IMG/VR virus record: IMGVR_UViG_3300033156_000439
Location: 1 to 64,000 of that record
Length of the DNA: 64,000 nucleotides
Reading direction: 5' to 3' (one strand)
Source: a virus
In this document: positions 28,600 through 37,507 of the stretch, one piece after another
How the letters are laid out: each line of letters opens with the position of its first letter
Numbering within the stretch: position 1 is the first letter of the stretch
Notes under the pieces: generated by a model
What the model saw: the letters and a program-made list of their open reading frames with translations, nothing else
Databases searched by the model: none
Told to the model about the DNA's origin: nothing
Made by a program: the position numbers and the translations under genes

Positions 28600-29778
28600 C
28601 TAAATTATGACATATCGCCTCTTCTTTAATCCCTCCGCGTAATTGTTTAGGGCTTCAAGGATAGTTGTATTTCTCAAGAATTCTGATCCCTCGTATCCTT
28701 TCTCAAGAATCTGAGATATATCTCGTTTCATACCTTCTATAATAAAACTTCTTAAAAGAAAGAGTTGATGATTAAGAATAGCTGGAGCTTCTTCTATTAT
28801 CCAAGATGAACAGTAAGCATCATAAAGACTCATTGATATCATTTCATTAAAACTCTTTAAAAGATGATAATTAATAAACTTTATTATCTTTCCTGCAACA
28901 ATCTCGAAGTGTTGTGGGAGGCACTCAGTGGAGGAACATGATAGGAATGAAGAATGAACTGGTAGACGATAATAAATACGCTCCCGTATCTTGGGATCTC
29001 TAATTTTTATGCCCCTATTGAGATTAACATAAATTGGAATCGTGTGTATGCTTATCTCGCCTAATATGTCGTGGATGTAAATTGGAGGAAAGTCAGAAAT
29101 TCTTATAGAGTCCGTTCTCATACGATATAATTCACCGTCCGATGATTCATAATCAAACTCTTGTGCCTTTTCCTTCTCTTCAGTATATCGTTCCCTAATC
29201 CCCTCCAGTATCCACATCGCCAAATAAGGAGTCGCTGAAATATCACTCTTTGCAAGATAGATGATACGATCTACTATATGCCTATTGACAGCCCATTCTG
29301 AGTTCGATTCAAATGAAAAGATTTGCAAAAACTCTTGTCTGTACTCATTTAAGTGTCTTCTCTTCCTTCCTCCACGAAAAAAATGAGAATCTATATCCTC
29401 TACGATCTCTCTATTTTTCAACAATCGATCATATAATAAATTAGTGAACTTTAATAAATTGATTGGATTGGAAAGGTACGCCTCCGCATCCACTACTTTC
29501 CATTGGTTCGTTTCTATCTTGGACTCCTTTCCGTTTATGTCTTCGATTACGAAATTACAAGTCCTCGTAAATTGAATCTCTTTCACGAAATATATCTCAT
29601 CTTCTTTAGGAGGCAGTGAGTGAGGTGATATCGTTTTTCCAAATAGTCCAAGGATATACCACGCGGGTATATCTTCCCAAAGCTTGGAAACGTTAATTTT
29701 CTTCATCGTTATCACCCAGTTCTTCCTCAAGAAATTGAGACTGTTGAAAGATAAACTCTTGAGCTTCCTGCCATTCAT
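28600..29778 (-). CDS. Hypothetical protein
   Basis: 392 aa ORF, no motif recognised. Confidence 0.7.
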   Translation of the reverse strand: MNGRKLKSLSFNSLNFLRKNWVITMKKINVSKLWEDIPAWYILGLFGKTISPHSLPPKEDEIYFVKEIQFTRTCNFVIEDINGKESKIETNQWKVVDAEAYLSNPINLLKFTNLLYDRLLKNREIVEDIDSHFFRGGRKRRHLNEYRQEFLQIFSFESNSEWAVNRHIVDRIIYLAKSDISATPYLAMWILEGIRERYTEEKEKAQEFDYESSDGELYRMRTDSIRISDFPPIYIHDILGEISIHTIPIYVNLNRGIKIRDPKIRERIYYRLPVHSSFLSCSSTECLPQHFEIVAGKIIKFINYHLLKSFNEMISMSLYDAYCSSWIIEEAPAILNHQLFLLRSFIIEGMKRDISQILEKGYEGSEFLRNTTILEALNNYAEGLKKRRYVII

Positions 29779-29795
29779 TAGACTTCAGTCTCAAT

Positions 29796-30155
29796 CTAAT
29801 CATATTTTTTAATTATGGACTTAATCTGATACGAAACTTCTGCAAGACTATCGAACTTGCCCCACCAGTATCTTTTGTCTTCACTCTCTGTGGCACAGTC
29901 CTCTGCCCAATCTCTTTCCCCTTTTATGCACACTAATAAGTTTTTCAGTTCTTCAATGATGTCCTTTGACATTTCAGATCTAAGTTGTTCATAAGTTCGA
30001 TTAGGTAGATTTGAACGAAAAAGACTAAGTAATTTTGTTGTATCTTCAGCTATTTCATCATCACTTGGAAAATCTGAAGGAGTCAATTCAATTTTTAGAG
30101 GATGACTCGATCTGGCTCCGTGGATTTTTATTGTTTTCATTTTATATGTACCCAT
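29796..30155 (-). CDS. Hypothetical protein
   Basis: ORF in operon. Confidence 0.6.
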   Translation of the reverse strand: MGTYKMKTIKIHGARSSHPLKIELTPSDFPSDDEIAEDTTKLLSLFRSNLPNRTYEQLRSEMSKDIIEELKNLLVCIKGERDWAEDCATESEDKRYWWGKFDSLAEVSYQIKSIIKKYD

Positions 30156-31032
30156 ATAGTTTGGCTAAGATTATAGACTTGTTCCCAGATTTATCTGTAC
30201 TCTTGATTATTCGTTCTTCCCCATCTTCTTCGAAAACAAAAGCACCTCCCCGTGATGTCACATAATTATAGGCTTCTTGTTTATCCCTGAAGGATAGTTT
30301 TTTGACCACATCGAGAAACTGTTCCCCTCTGAAATAAGTGCCCTCAACTCTACCATCCTCTTTACTATCCTTATTTTCTTTCTTTTTCTTGTAGTCTTTT
30401 ACTTCGTATTTTCCTTTACCTACTTTCACTATTTTTCCTCTCTTCCCCCAACCTGTATCTTGATTATAGAAGCTACGCCAGTCCCATTTCCATGTAAGAT
30501 CTGTAAATCTACGTTTTCCATCTACTCGGAAGCTGCCAATCAAGATAGGATCTTTTCTTCGTTCCAACAAAAGCACAAACTTTGATCCTCCGAGCATTTC
30601 TTGGAACTCCTTTGATAACATCATTAGAATTAACTGCCTCTCTGTTAGTCGAAGAGAAGACAAAAACAAGGTAAATTTCGCTGTATCGCTAAGTTCATCG
30701 TAACTATTCCATGACGAAAACGCCGACATGTGTCCTCTGTGGAATAATATGGCTCTCCTCTTTCCTTTCAGTGTGACTACGAACGGGTGAGTTAGTTTCG
30801 GTTTGACCTCCCCAGCACTCGCCATCCTCCAGTGTGATACCACCGGATACTTTCCTTGTACCTCATCAAGAACTTGATATGCACCATCTGGATCCATCAA
30901 GCCTTTCATTACGTTCCACTTGTTTCCTTTGAAATACGCAAACCCGAACCCATCAGGATTCTGGTTCCATATTTTCTCGAACTCGTCGTACTCTACTTTT
31001 CCGCCCTCTTTAATCACGGCTATTTGACACAT
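30142..31032 (-). CDS. Class II (Ntn) glutamine amidotransferase
   Basis: N-terminal MC, NPDGFG, HWRMAS.G, HPF, SDT. Confidence 0.88.
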   Translation of the reverse strand: MCQIAVIKEGGKVEYDEFEKIWNQNPDGFGFAYFKGNKWNVMKGLMDPDGAYQVLDEVQGKYPVVSHWRMASAGEVKPKLTHPFVVTLKGKRRAILFHRGHMSAFSSWNSYDELSDTAKFTLFLSSLRLTERQLILMMLSKEFQEMLGGSKFVLLLERRKDPILIGSFRVDGKRRFTDLTWKWDWRSFYNQDTGWGKRGKIVKVGKGKYEVKDYKKKKENKDSKEDGRVEGTYFRGEQFLDVVKKLSFRDKQEAYNYVTSRGGAFVFEEDGEERIIKSTDKSGNKSIILAKLYGYI

Positions 31033-31033
31033 C

Positions 31034-31390
31034 TTATTTCTTCCTCCTCCTTCTTCTAAATAAACACTCTATTGCTCGTTTCAACCGTTCAGGATCTCTT
31101 CGAATCATTTTTTGTCTGAAGGTATACGGTAAACCAACAATTATAGTTCTACCATCCATGAATCTGTTTAAACTCTCAGAATTTATGATCCTCAAGTCAC
31201 AGTCGATTAGATTTTTCTTCACGATATTATAGCTCTTCGGATCCCCAACGTATACTCTATCACCGTGAGAATATGACACTCCGAAGACTACTATTCTCTC
31301 GATCCCTGGAATATCCACTTCAACATCGACCTCCTCTCGTGGGAGATGGTCATCATATCGATTACATACTACTTTCATTGAAACAAACAC
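31034..31390 (-). CDS. Hypothetical protein, paralog of 31375..31683
   Basis: Shared RI.VFG...GD...VGLP..FR...D.E.LK....CLF. Confidence 0.7.
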   Translation of the reverse strand: MFVSMKVVCNRYDDHLPREEVDVEVDIPGIERIVVFGVSYSHGDRVYVGDPKSYNIVKKNLIDCDLRIINSESLNRFMDGRTIIVGLPYTFRQKMIRRDPERLKRAIECLFRRRRRKK

Positions 31391-31683
31391 CTCAGAACTT
31401 TTTTCAAAACTTCTGTATCACCTTTGATATACTGCAATCTAAATAAATGTGGTAGTCCAACACCTATTACACCTTCTTCCTTTTCTCCTCGAAAATCCAC
31501 TTTGATTATCTTTGCATCAGTTGTATTTCTTCTGATGTGATCCGCCCACTCGCTTGAAATGAGAATCTCATCTCCACAACTACCGAATACCTCGATTCGT
31601 TTAACGTTTTCTAATCCCTTTATTTGCATTGGAACTCTTTTTTTAGGCAAGCCCTCAAAATCTCCGATATATGTTACTTTCAT
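31375..31683 (-). CDS. Hypothetical protein, paralog of 31034..31390
   Basis: Same shared motifs as 31034..31390. Confidence 0.7.
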   Translation of the reverse strand: MKVTYIGDFEGLPKKRVPMQIKGLENVKRIEVFGSCGDEILISSEWADHIRRNTTDAKIIKVDFRGEKEEGVIGVGLPHLFRLQYIKGDTEVLKKVLRCLFQ

Positions 31684-32402
31684 AACTTCCTAACTAATCT
31701 TCTTTGAATATCCTCGAATTTAAAAGGATCTTTTATGAATTTCTTTATGAATAGCGTTACCACGAGTAATTGGCGATACGTAGTTATCTTAGGCAATCTG
31801 AATTCGACCGTGCCGAGACCATTAGTCATTGTATTAACGAAGAAATATCGTTCATTGGGTTCATCTTGATTTGCAAACTCATTTGGATTTCTGCCCCACA
31901 GGCGTCTGTCTGTTACAACGTCTTCGAGATACCCCTGTGCTCTTTCGATTCTTTGCAATTCATCAGAAGACACTCCCACATGAATATGCGATGATACAAG
32001 ATAAGTCTTTAGATAATCTGAGTAATCTTCATATATCGGTCTGAGCGACTGAACAAAAGAACGCCTTGACAAATAAATCGGAGATTTCATTTCACAATCG
32101 CTCACGGTTGCATCCTCCGTAGGAAGGAATCCTCTTAATAACAGTCTTGCAAATATTGCAGTTCGAATATGTTTATCTTCTTGATCTGGAGATCGAAACT
32201 CGAGTTCGGTGCCCCACGTATAATCACCAGTATCCTTGGCTTTTCGTGTGCCTTTTACTATCTCGTTTCTTGATGGGTAAGGATGAGCATTATAGAAGTG
32301 GTTATCACAAATATATCCTATTCCCTTGACGTACACAGAACACGCTCTTTCTCTTTGACACAATCTGCACTTTTTAACATTAAATCCACGGATTCCGATC
32401 AT
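31680..32402 (-). CDS. Putative amidoligase (COOH-NH2 ligase family)
   Basis: TWGTELE, D.T, EMKSP, HIHVG, RY..VN, TVEFR. Confidence 0.85.
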   Translation of the reverse strand: MIGIRGFNVKKCRLCQRERACSVYVKGIGYICDNHFYNAHPYPSRNEIVKGTRKAKDTGDYTWGTELEFRSPDQEDKHIRTAIFARLLLRGFLPTEDATVSDCEMKSPIYLSRRSFVQSLRPIYEDYSDYLKTYLVSSHIHVGVSSDELQRIERAQGYLEDVVTDRRLWGRNPNEFANQDEPNERYFFVNTMTNGLGTVEFRLPKITTYRQLLVVTLFIKKFIKDPFKFEDIQRRLVRKL

Positions 32403-32635
32403 AGAACTATTTTACCTCTCAGTTCTAATTGGGTTACTGGATCAAAGTACTCCTCTATTTCGTACTTTTCGCTTTTCCTATACAACTCGTATAATTCTCT
32501 AAAATTCTTTCCCGGTTTGTGTAGGTTGCCGTCTGCGTCTCGAAATAGCGTCACCCCGACTCTCCTAAAATATATAAATTTCCCGAGTTTCTCGCCGTTC
32601 TTTTTTCGCACTACCAAATTAGATACATTGTTCAT
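32399..32635 (-). CDS. Hypothetical protein
   Basis: GGAGGTGA RBS; overlaps the amidoligase start. Confidence 0.6.
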   Translation of the reverse strand: MNNVSNLVVRKKNGEKLGKFIYFRRVGVTLFRDADGNLHKPGKNFRELYELYRKSEKYEIEEYFDPVTQLELRGKIVL

Positions 32636-32782
32636 TCTTTCCTCACCTCCTGTTTCTTTCCAAACTCAAATGCCTCTCGCTTATCATACGAGAGGACGAA
32701 AAACCACGAGGAAATGTCCACTCCTTCTTCTCCATTATAGGTATCACTCATTTTAATCCTCCAAGAATTTATATACGCCAGA

Positions 32783-33073
32783 CTACTCCTTATATTCCCC
32801 TATCTTTTCAATCTTCCATCCTCTTTCCACGAAGTCTATTAGTGTATATCTCACAGCCGGGCACTCTGGATCCTCTACTATAAACCCCAAGTGATAATAA
32901 TCTGCATAACCCTCTCCGTCGCTATATTTCTTGAATCGTACTATACCTTCATGTACAATCTTTCCTTTTTCGTTTGTTGCTCTCAGTATATCCCCAATCT
33001 TATACACTTTTCCGTCTATTTCTACCCCATCTTTTCTCAATTTAATTGCGTACATTTCTCTTTCCTCCTTCAT
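32783..33073 (-). CDS. Hypothetical protein (YopX-like pattern)
   Basis: GDIL...IVRF...GF...EKIG pattern. Confidence 0.45.
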   Translation of the reverse strand: MKEEREMYAIKLRKDGVEIDGKVYKIGDILRATNEKGKIVHEGIVRFKKYSDGEGYADYYHLGFIVEDPECPAVRYTLIDFVERGWKIEKIGEYKE

Positions 33074-33323
33074 CCAACAAGCCAGCCTTTGAGAGTTCTT
33101 GCGTGATATCCTGGACTGTGATTTCGAGCCCTTCTTTTCTTATCAACTGTTCAATGACATTTATCATTTCTTCCTCGTATTCAATTTTCGATGGCAGGGT
33201 AAAAACACGATCTAATATTTCCTTTAAGGTATAGTCTTTCAAATCATTTAAATATATAGAATAATAAGATATGAATTTAGTTATGTTGATAGCAACTTCT
33301 CTATTGATTGTTATTCTGCACAT
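33042..33323 (-). CDS. Hypothetical protein
   Basis: ORF with GGGGGTG RBS. Confidence 0.55.
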   Translation of the reverse strand: MCRITINREVAINITKFISYYSIYLNDLKDYTLKEILDRVFTLPSKIEYEEEMINVIEQLIRKEGLEITVQDITQELSKAGLLDEGGKRNVRN

Positions 33324-33811
33324 GTAAGATAACCACCCCCAATTTTTCTATATCCTCTAAACTTTCGTTGTCTTTCTCATCTCCTATTAATTATTTCTCT
33401 TATTTCCTTTATTTCTTCCCACAAACTTTCTATCTCCTCGTCAATCATTCTTACGATTTCTCTTTCGGTTACTACTCTCCCTTTTGCGTATTCCTTTGCA
33501 ATCTTTTCCAGTATTTTCATTTGTCACCTCCAATCAAATCCGTCACCAAAAAAGTTTTGGCGTTGCTCATTCACACTCTTTAATCTTCTTTCTTCCACTT
33601 TCCGATCACCCCCTATATTTGCCTATATCTATATATCCTCTCTATAATATATAAATATAAAATCAATCTTTTACATATAAATGAATCTTTATATTTCCAG
33701 CCTCCCGCCACTCCTCAATCTTATAATAATATAATATATAAATATATAAAAATAAAGAGAATAAAAGGAGGGGGACTAAACGTCCTATATTCAATCAATC
33801 AATCTAAGCTT

Positions 33812-33859
33812 GATTAGTGCACCCGTGAGGACTTTCATCCTCAAACGGATGCACCAATC
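33812..33859 (-). ncRNA. Strong RNA hairpin with a GAAA tetraloop (candidate structured RNA)
   Basis: Minus strand GAUUGGUGCAUCCGU-UU-GAGGAU-GAAA-GUCCUC-ACGGGUGCACUAAUC. The three non-Watson-Crick pairs are G-U on this strand only. Confidence 0.5.
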
Positions 33860-34108
33860 TATTTAGGCAGTGGGGCAGGAGCAAAGGAGGGGCTACTAAA
33901 GAGAAGCGTAAATTTTTCATCCGATAAAGACAGCATCAATCTAAAAATGAATAGTAGAATCTTAATCTCTTTCCTCTTCTGCGTTCTTTTCTTCTCTCTA
34001 ATAGAGAGAAGAACAAATAAACAAATAAAGGTATAAAGCATAAGACAAATAGGATAACATAATATGCTACACATAGGGATAGATTGAAAGATGTGCTTAA
34101 CATTTTGC

Positions 34109-34200
34109 TTCTCACCTACCATATTCTTCATGTATGCAATTTTTATTCTCATGGGTATATTATTATATTCCCCTCATTGGATATTTTGTTATGCTTCATA
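34109..34200. repeat. Degenerate copy F of the dispersed palindromic repeat
   Basis: tctcacc..catattcttcatgtatgcaattttt...attttgttat resembles the reverse complement of copy A. Confidence 0.4.
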
Positions 34201-34630
34201 ATTTTGCCCCTCATGTGATTTTCCCTCACCCTATCCCACCACATTTTGAGTATGTGAGTACCAAATTACAAAAATCCTAAATTTATCGCACATCATAACA
34301 CAAAGACACCGGTTGGTGTTAAGCTTTATGTTGTTGTGAAGGATTCCTGGATGTGTGTTATTCCTTCATAAAGATGGCTTGGGATAACACATGTTCATAC
34401 ACAATTGGTATGAATTCACACCACATTTTTATGCCGATCTGCATACATCCTGGCTGATGGGTAACACAAGATATGCTCACCCACAGCTTGCCCTCTTACA
34501 AAATGCTAAAATGCACACATGTGTACATGATATTTGAATTTTTCTTTAAGGGTTCATGAAAATTTTTGTTTATGAAAAATAGGGTTAAATAGGGGTTTAA
34601 CCATAGGGTTAATTGGTGATAAAAAGAAAA

Positions 34631-35587
34631 ATGAACAAAACATCACCAAAGAAGGAAGAAAAAGAAGCTAAAGGAAGTAGCGAGCCTTTAGCACAAAAGG
34701 AGAAGAACGCTAAGGTAGAGAAGAAGGAAGAAATAAAGGAGGAGGAAAAAGAGGAAACAAGGGATAGGTACGTCATACAATACAATAAGACAACAGAGGA
34801 AGACAATTATGAAACGTTGCGGAAAGAAGGAAAGATGTGGGTAACAGATAAAAAGGAGAAAGCACAAGAGATCGCGGAGAAGCTTCTGAGTAAACATGTG
34901 GATTTAACGATGGTAAGGATATGCAGAGTGTCCAATAATATCCTTATACCGGAGATAGAATTGACCGGTAAGGATATTGTAATGAAAAACAAGGAAGTGT
35001 TGCCCAAAGAGATGCAAGGAGTAATTAGCGAGGATATGCTACAATACATGGATGACTCAGAGATATCTTCTATCCGCAATTTGATAGCTGAATACATGAG
35101 GAAGAAACAAGAGATAGAAACATTCAGCAGGCTTGCAGTGCAAAGGAGTGCTTTTAAGAAGAACAAGCAAAAGATGGAAAAGCTTGCGGAGATAAAGCGA
35201 AGTTATCAAGCTGCGAAGGAAGCTTACGAAGAAGCTAAAAAAGCTTGGGAAGAAGCGAAGGAAGCAGTCAACAGTTTCATTGAAGAAGAAGAAAAGCACC
35301 TTCCCGCGATCGGTCGATGGCTAAGAATAGAGATAACCGGTGTGGGAAGAACAGTGAGAAGAACATCGGGAAGGACACGCACGGCGGGGGGCAAAAGGGA
35401 GATAATCCTTAAGTTCCTCCGTGAACATAAGGGGGAAAGGTTCAAAGAGAGCGAAATAAGAAGGAAGCTTCAGGAGATAAACAAAGAATATTCATGGACT
35501 CAGCAGTCAACTTGGAACCCCCTTAAATCCTTGAGAGAGGAGGGGATAATCAGTCAGGACGACAAGGGAAGATATTATCTTCCCTAA
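34631..35587 (+). CDS. Charged coiled-coil protein with C-terminal winged helix
   Basis: Coiled-coil middle; IILKFLREH...SEIRRKL...LKSLREEGII...GRYYL wHTH; GGTGA RBS. Confidence 0.75.
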   Translation: MNKTSPKKEEKEAKGSSEPLAQKEKNAKVEKKEEIKEEEKEETRDRYVIQYNKTTEEDNYETLRKEGKMWVTDKKEKAQEIAEKLLSKHVDLTMVRICRVSNNILIPEIELTGKDIVMKNKEVLPKEMQGVISEDMLQYMDDSEISSIRNLIAEYMRKKQEIETFSRLAVQRSAFKKNKQKMEKLAEIKRSYQAAKEAYEEAKKAWEEAKEAVNSFIEEEEKHLPAIGRWLRIEITGVGRTVRRTSGRTRTAGGKREIILKFLREHKGERFKESEIRRKLQEINKEYSWTQQSTWNPLKSLREEGIISQDDKGRYYLP

Positions 35588-35919
35588 TCTACTTTTCTTT
35601 AGGAGGGATAGAGATATGAGCGAAAGTGAAGAAATATTAAGCAAACTGGTCAAGGTGATAGCGAAGATAAGAGAAGATGAGGAGAAGCTACGAGAAATAG
35701 CGAGGAAACTAAAATGCTAATCATTAAGAAGAATCCACTCCATCCCGAAACTGGAAGCTTATTTCTCAAATACCGGGATGGTGAGGAGGGGTTCATAAGA
35801 ATGATCCCTGCCAGCGAGATGAGGGAGATCGAGGAGGGGAAAAGGGAGATAAGGAGGGAGGGATAATTTCTTTTCCCTCAATTTTATTTCGCGTTATCTT
35901 TAAATTTTATTTGAATGAT

Positions 35920-35965
35920 CGAAAAGCTTAAGGTTTACCACACCTATATATTAACTGGTGATAGA
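35920..35965 (+). promoter_or_regulatory. Archaeal-type promoter (BRE-TATA) and GGTGA RBS
   Basis: cgaaaagcttaagg ... ggtgatagaaaaATG. Confidence 0.4.
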
Positions 35966-36049
35966 AAAATGCGAGAAATAGCAATAGCTATGTATGTAGT
36001 GGCTTTTGTATTAACAATAAGCTATTATGTGGTTATAACAATAACTTGA

Positions 36050-36465
36050 TTTTTCTTATTCTTTATTATTTTTTGATTTTATGAATTTTTCATATTCTTT
36101 CATTATTTTTTCTTAAATTTTGTTATTCTGAATTCTTCATAAAAAATTTATGAGATTTGTGAAGAATTAAGATTTGTGAATTGTTCATAAAAGTAAAAAA
36201 ATGAATCTTAAAAAATAAAATTTTATGAAAAATCCCGATTTTCTTCATAAAAAATAAGAATTCATAAGAAATTATAAAAATTTTCTTGATTTTATGCTCT
36301 TGATAGCAATTTTAAATTAATTTTTCTTATTAAATTTGAATTTTTCATCCAGAAATATCAAAAAATAAAATAAATATCAAGAAAAATAAGACAAAATTAT
36401 AAGAAGTGAAATGAAATTCATACGAAATCATAATATCCTGGGAAAAAATATGAATTTTTAATATG
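36050..36465. repeat. Very AT-rich non-coding region with iterated TTCATAA/TTATGAA (candidate origin)
   Basis: Exact copies at 36079, 36136, 36184, 36223, 36244 and 36261, in both orientations. Confidence 0.5.
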
Positions 36466-36850
36466 CTGGCATTAGCACACACCCACAGGGGGAGGGGGAG
36501 GGGGTGTCCCTAACTCTTTCGAAAATGGTTATTTCGGCGAATAAAATGGTAGGGGCAAATATCTGGGTTTTAAGCCCAACGCTGCCTCCGTTAGGCGATT
36601 CTCCGAGGAGTTTGAATAAAAATCCTCTGAGAGAGCTTCGTTTAAGAGGCGTCTCGTGATGTTCACTGTAATCGGTTTCGTGTGTTTAACCATTCTCCGC
36701 CGCTCTTTTATTCTTTTCTCTTACGTAATCGTTTAAGTGTTTTACTCCTTCACTACGTAGTATGAAGGTAGTAAAAATTACCCTTTTATTATTAATATTT
36801 ATTTAATTATATTTATTTTATTATTTTATTATTGGGGGACAAAAATCAGG

Positions 36851-37507
36851 ATGCAAGCTATTGAATACGAAATGCGAAAAAACACATCTCTATTTGTAGG
36901 AGTCATCTTTTCTCCTTCCTTCCCATATTGGCATATAGAGGCTCTTCAGGCTTTCTTAAATACTAAGAAGCCTCTTAGGTGGATGCTTGATATAGAAAGA
37001 AATCATGGTATTGCTGCTGCAAGAAATAAAATAGTTCAGTCTTTTCTTAAGACGACCTATACACATCTTATGCTCCTCGACTCAGACGTGATTTTGTACG
37101 AGGATACGGTAACTCGAATGCTCGAAATAGACGAAGATGTGGTAGTTGCAAACGTACCACAAAAGCCCGACGGAGGTGTTCCATGTGTAGAGCATTCAGA
37201 GTTACCATACAAAAGGGGCAAACAAATATCCGTAAATGGTGCCCAGCCAGTGAAGAAATTCATGCTCTGTGGTCTTGGATGTATCCTCGTGAAGCGGGAA
37301 GTCTTCGAGCAAATGGACTTTCCTTATTTCCGATATGCTTCACAAGAGTTCGATACTCTTCCTGATTGGTATAGAGTATCGGAGGACTATTTCTTCTTTG
37401 TACGTTTAGAAGAGCTTGGTATAAAGCCAGTTTATCTTCCTAAAGCAAAAACTAAGCATATTACGAGTGCTGCGCTTGAGTGCGGAAAGGGGTTGGTACT
37501 TGTATGA
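36851..37507 (+). CDS. GT-A fold (GT2-like) glycosyltransferase
   Basis: AARN, LDSD (DxD), GLGCILVKREVFE, SEDYFF. Confidence 0.85.
   Translation: MQAIEYEMRKNTSLFVGVIFSPSFPYWHIEALQAFLNTKKPLRWMLDIERNHGIAAARNKIVQSFLKTTYTHLMLLDSDVILYEDTVTRMLEIDEDVVVANVPQKPDGGVPCVEHSELPYKRGKQISVNGAQPVKKFMLCGLGCILVKREVFEQMDFPYFRYASQEFDTLPDWYRVSEDYFFFVRLEELGIKPVYLPKAKTKHITSAALECGKGLVLV

Noticed and set aside
33812-33859. Hairpin resembles group II intron domain V (GAAA loop, nearby AC)
   Set aside because: No AGC/CGC catalytic triad at the expected position, no domain VI or other intron domains, and no RT/maturase ORF.
33859-34152. 97-aa minus-strand ORF at the strand switch
   Set aside because: Low-complexity translation of purine-skewed DNA overlapping repeat copy F; no convincing coding signal.
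36540-36710. tRNA-like cloverleaf
   Set aside because: No TTCRA T-loop, no D-loop GG, no 7-bp acceptor stem with correct spacing.
33600-36850. Possible CRISPR or mini-CRISPR array in the long non-coding stretches
   Set aside because: No 25-40 bp direct repeats with regular unique spacers; only short AT-rich words and hairpins.
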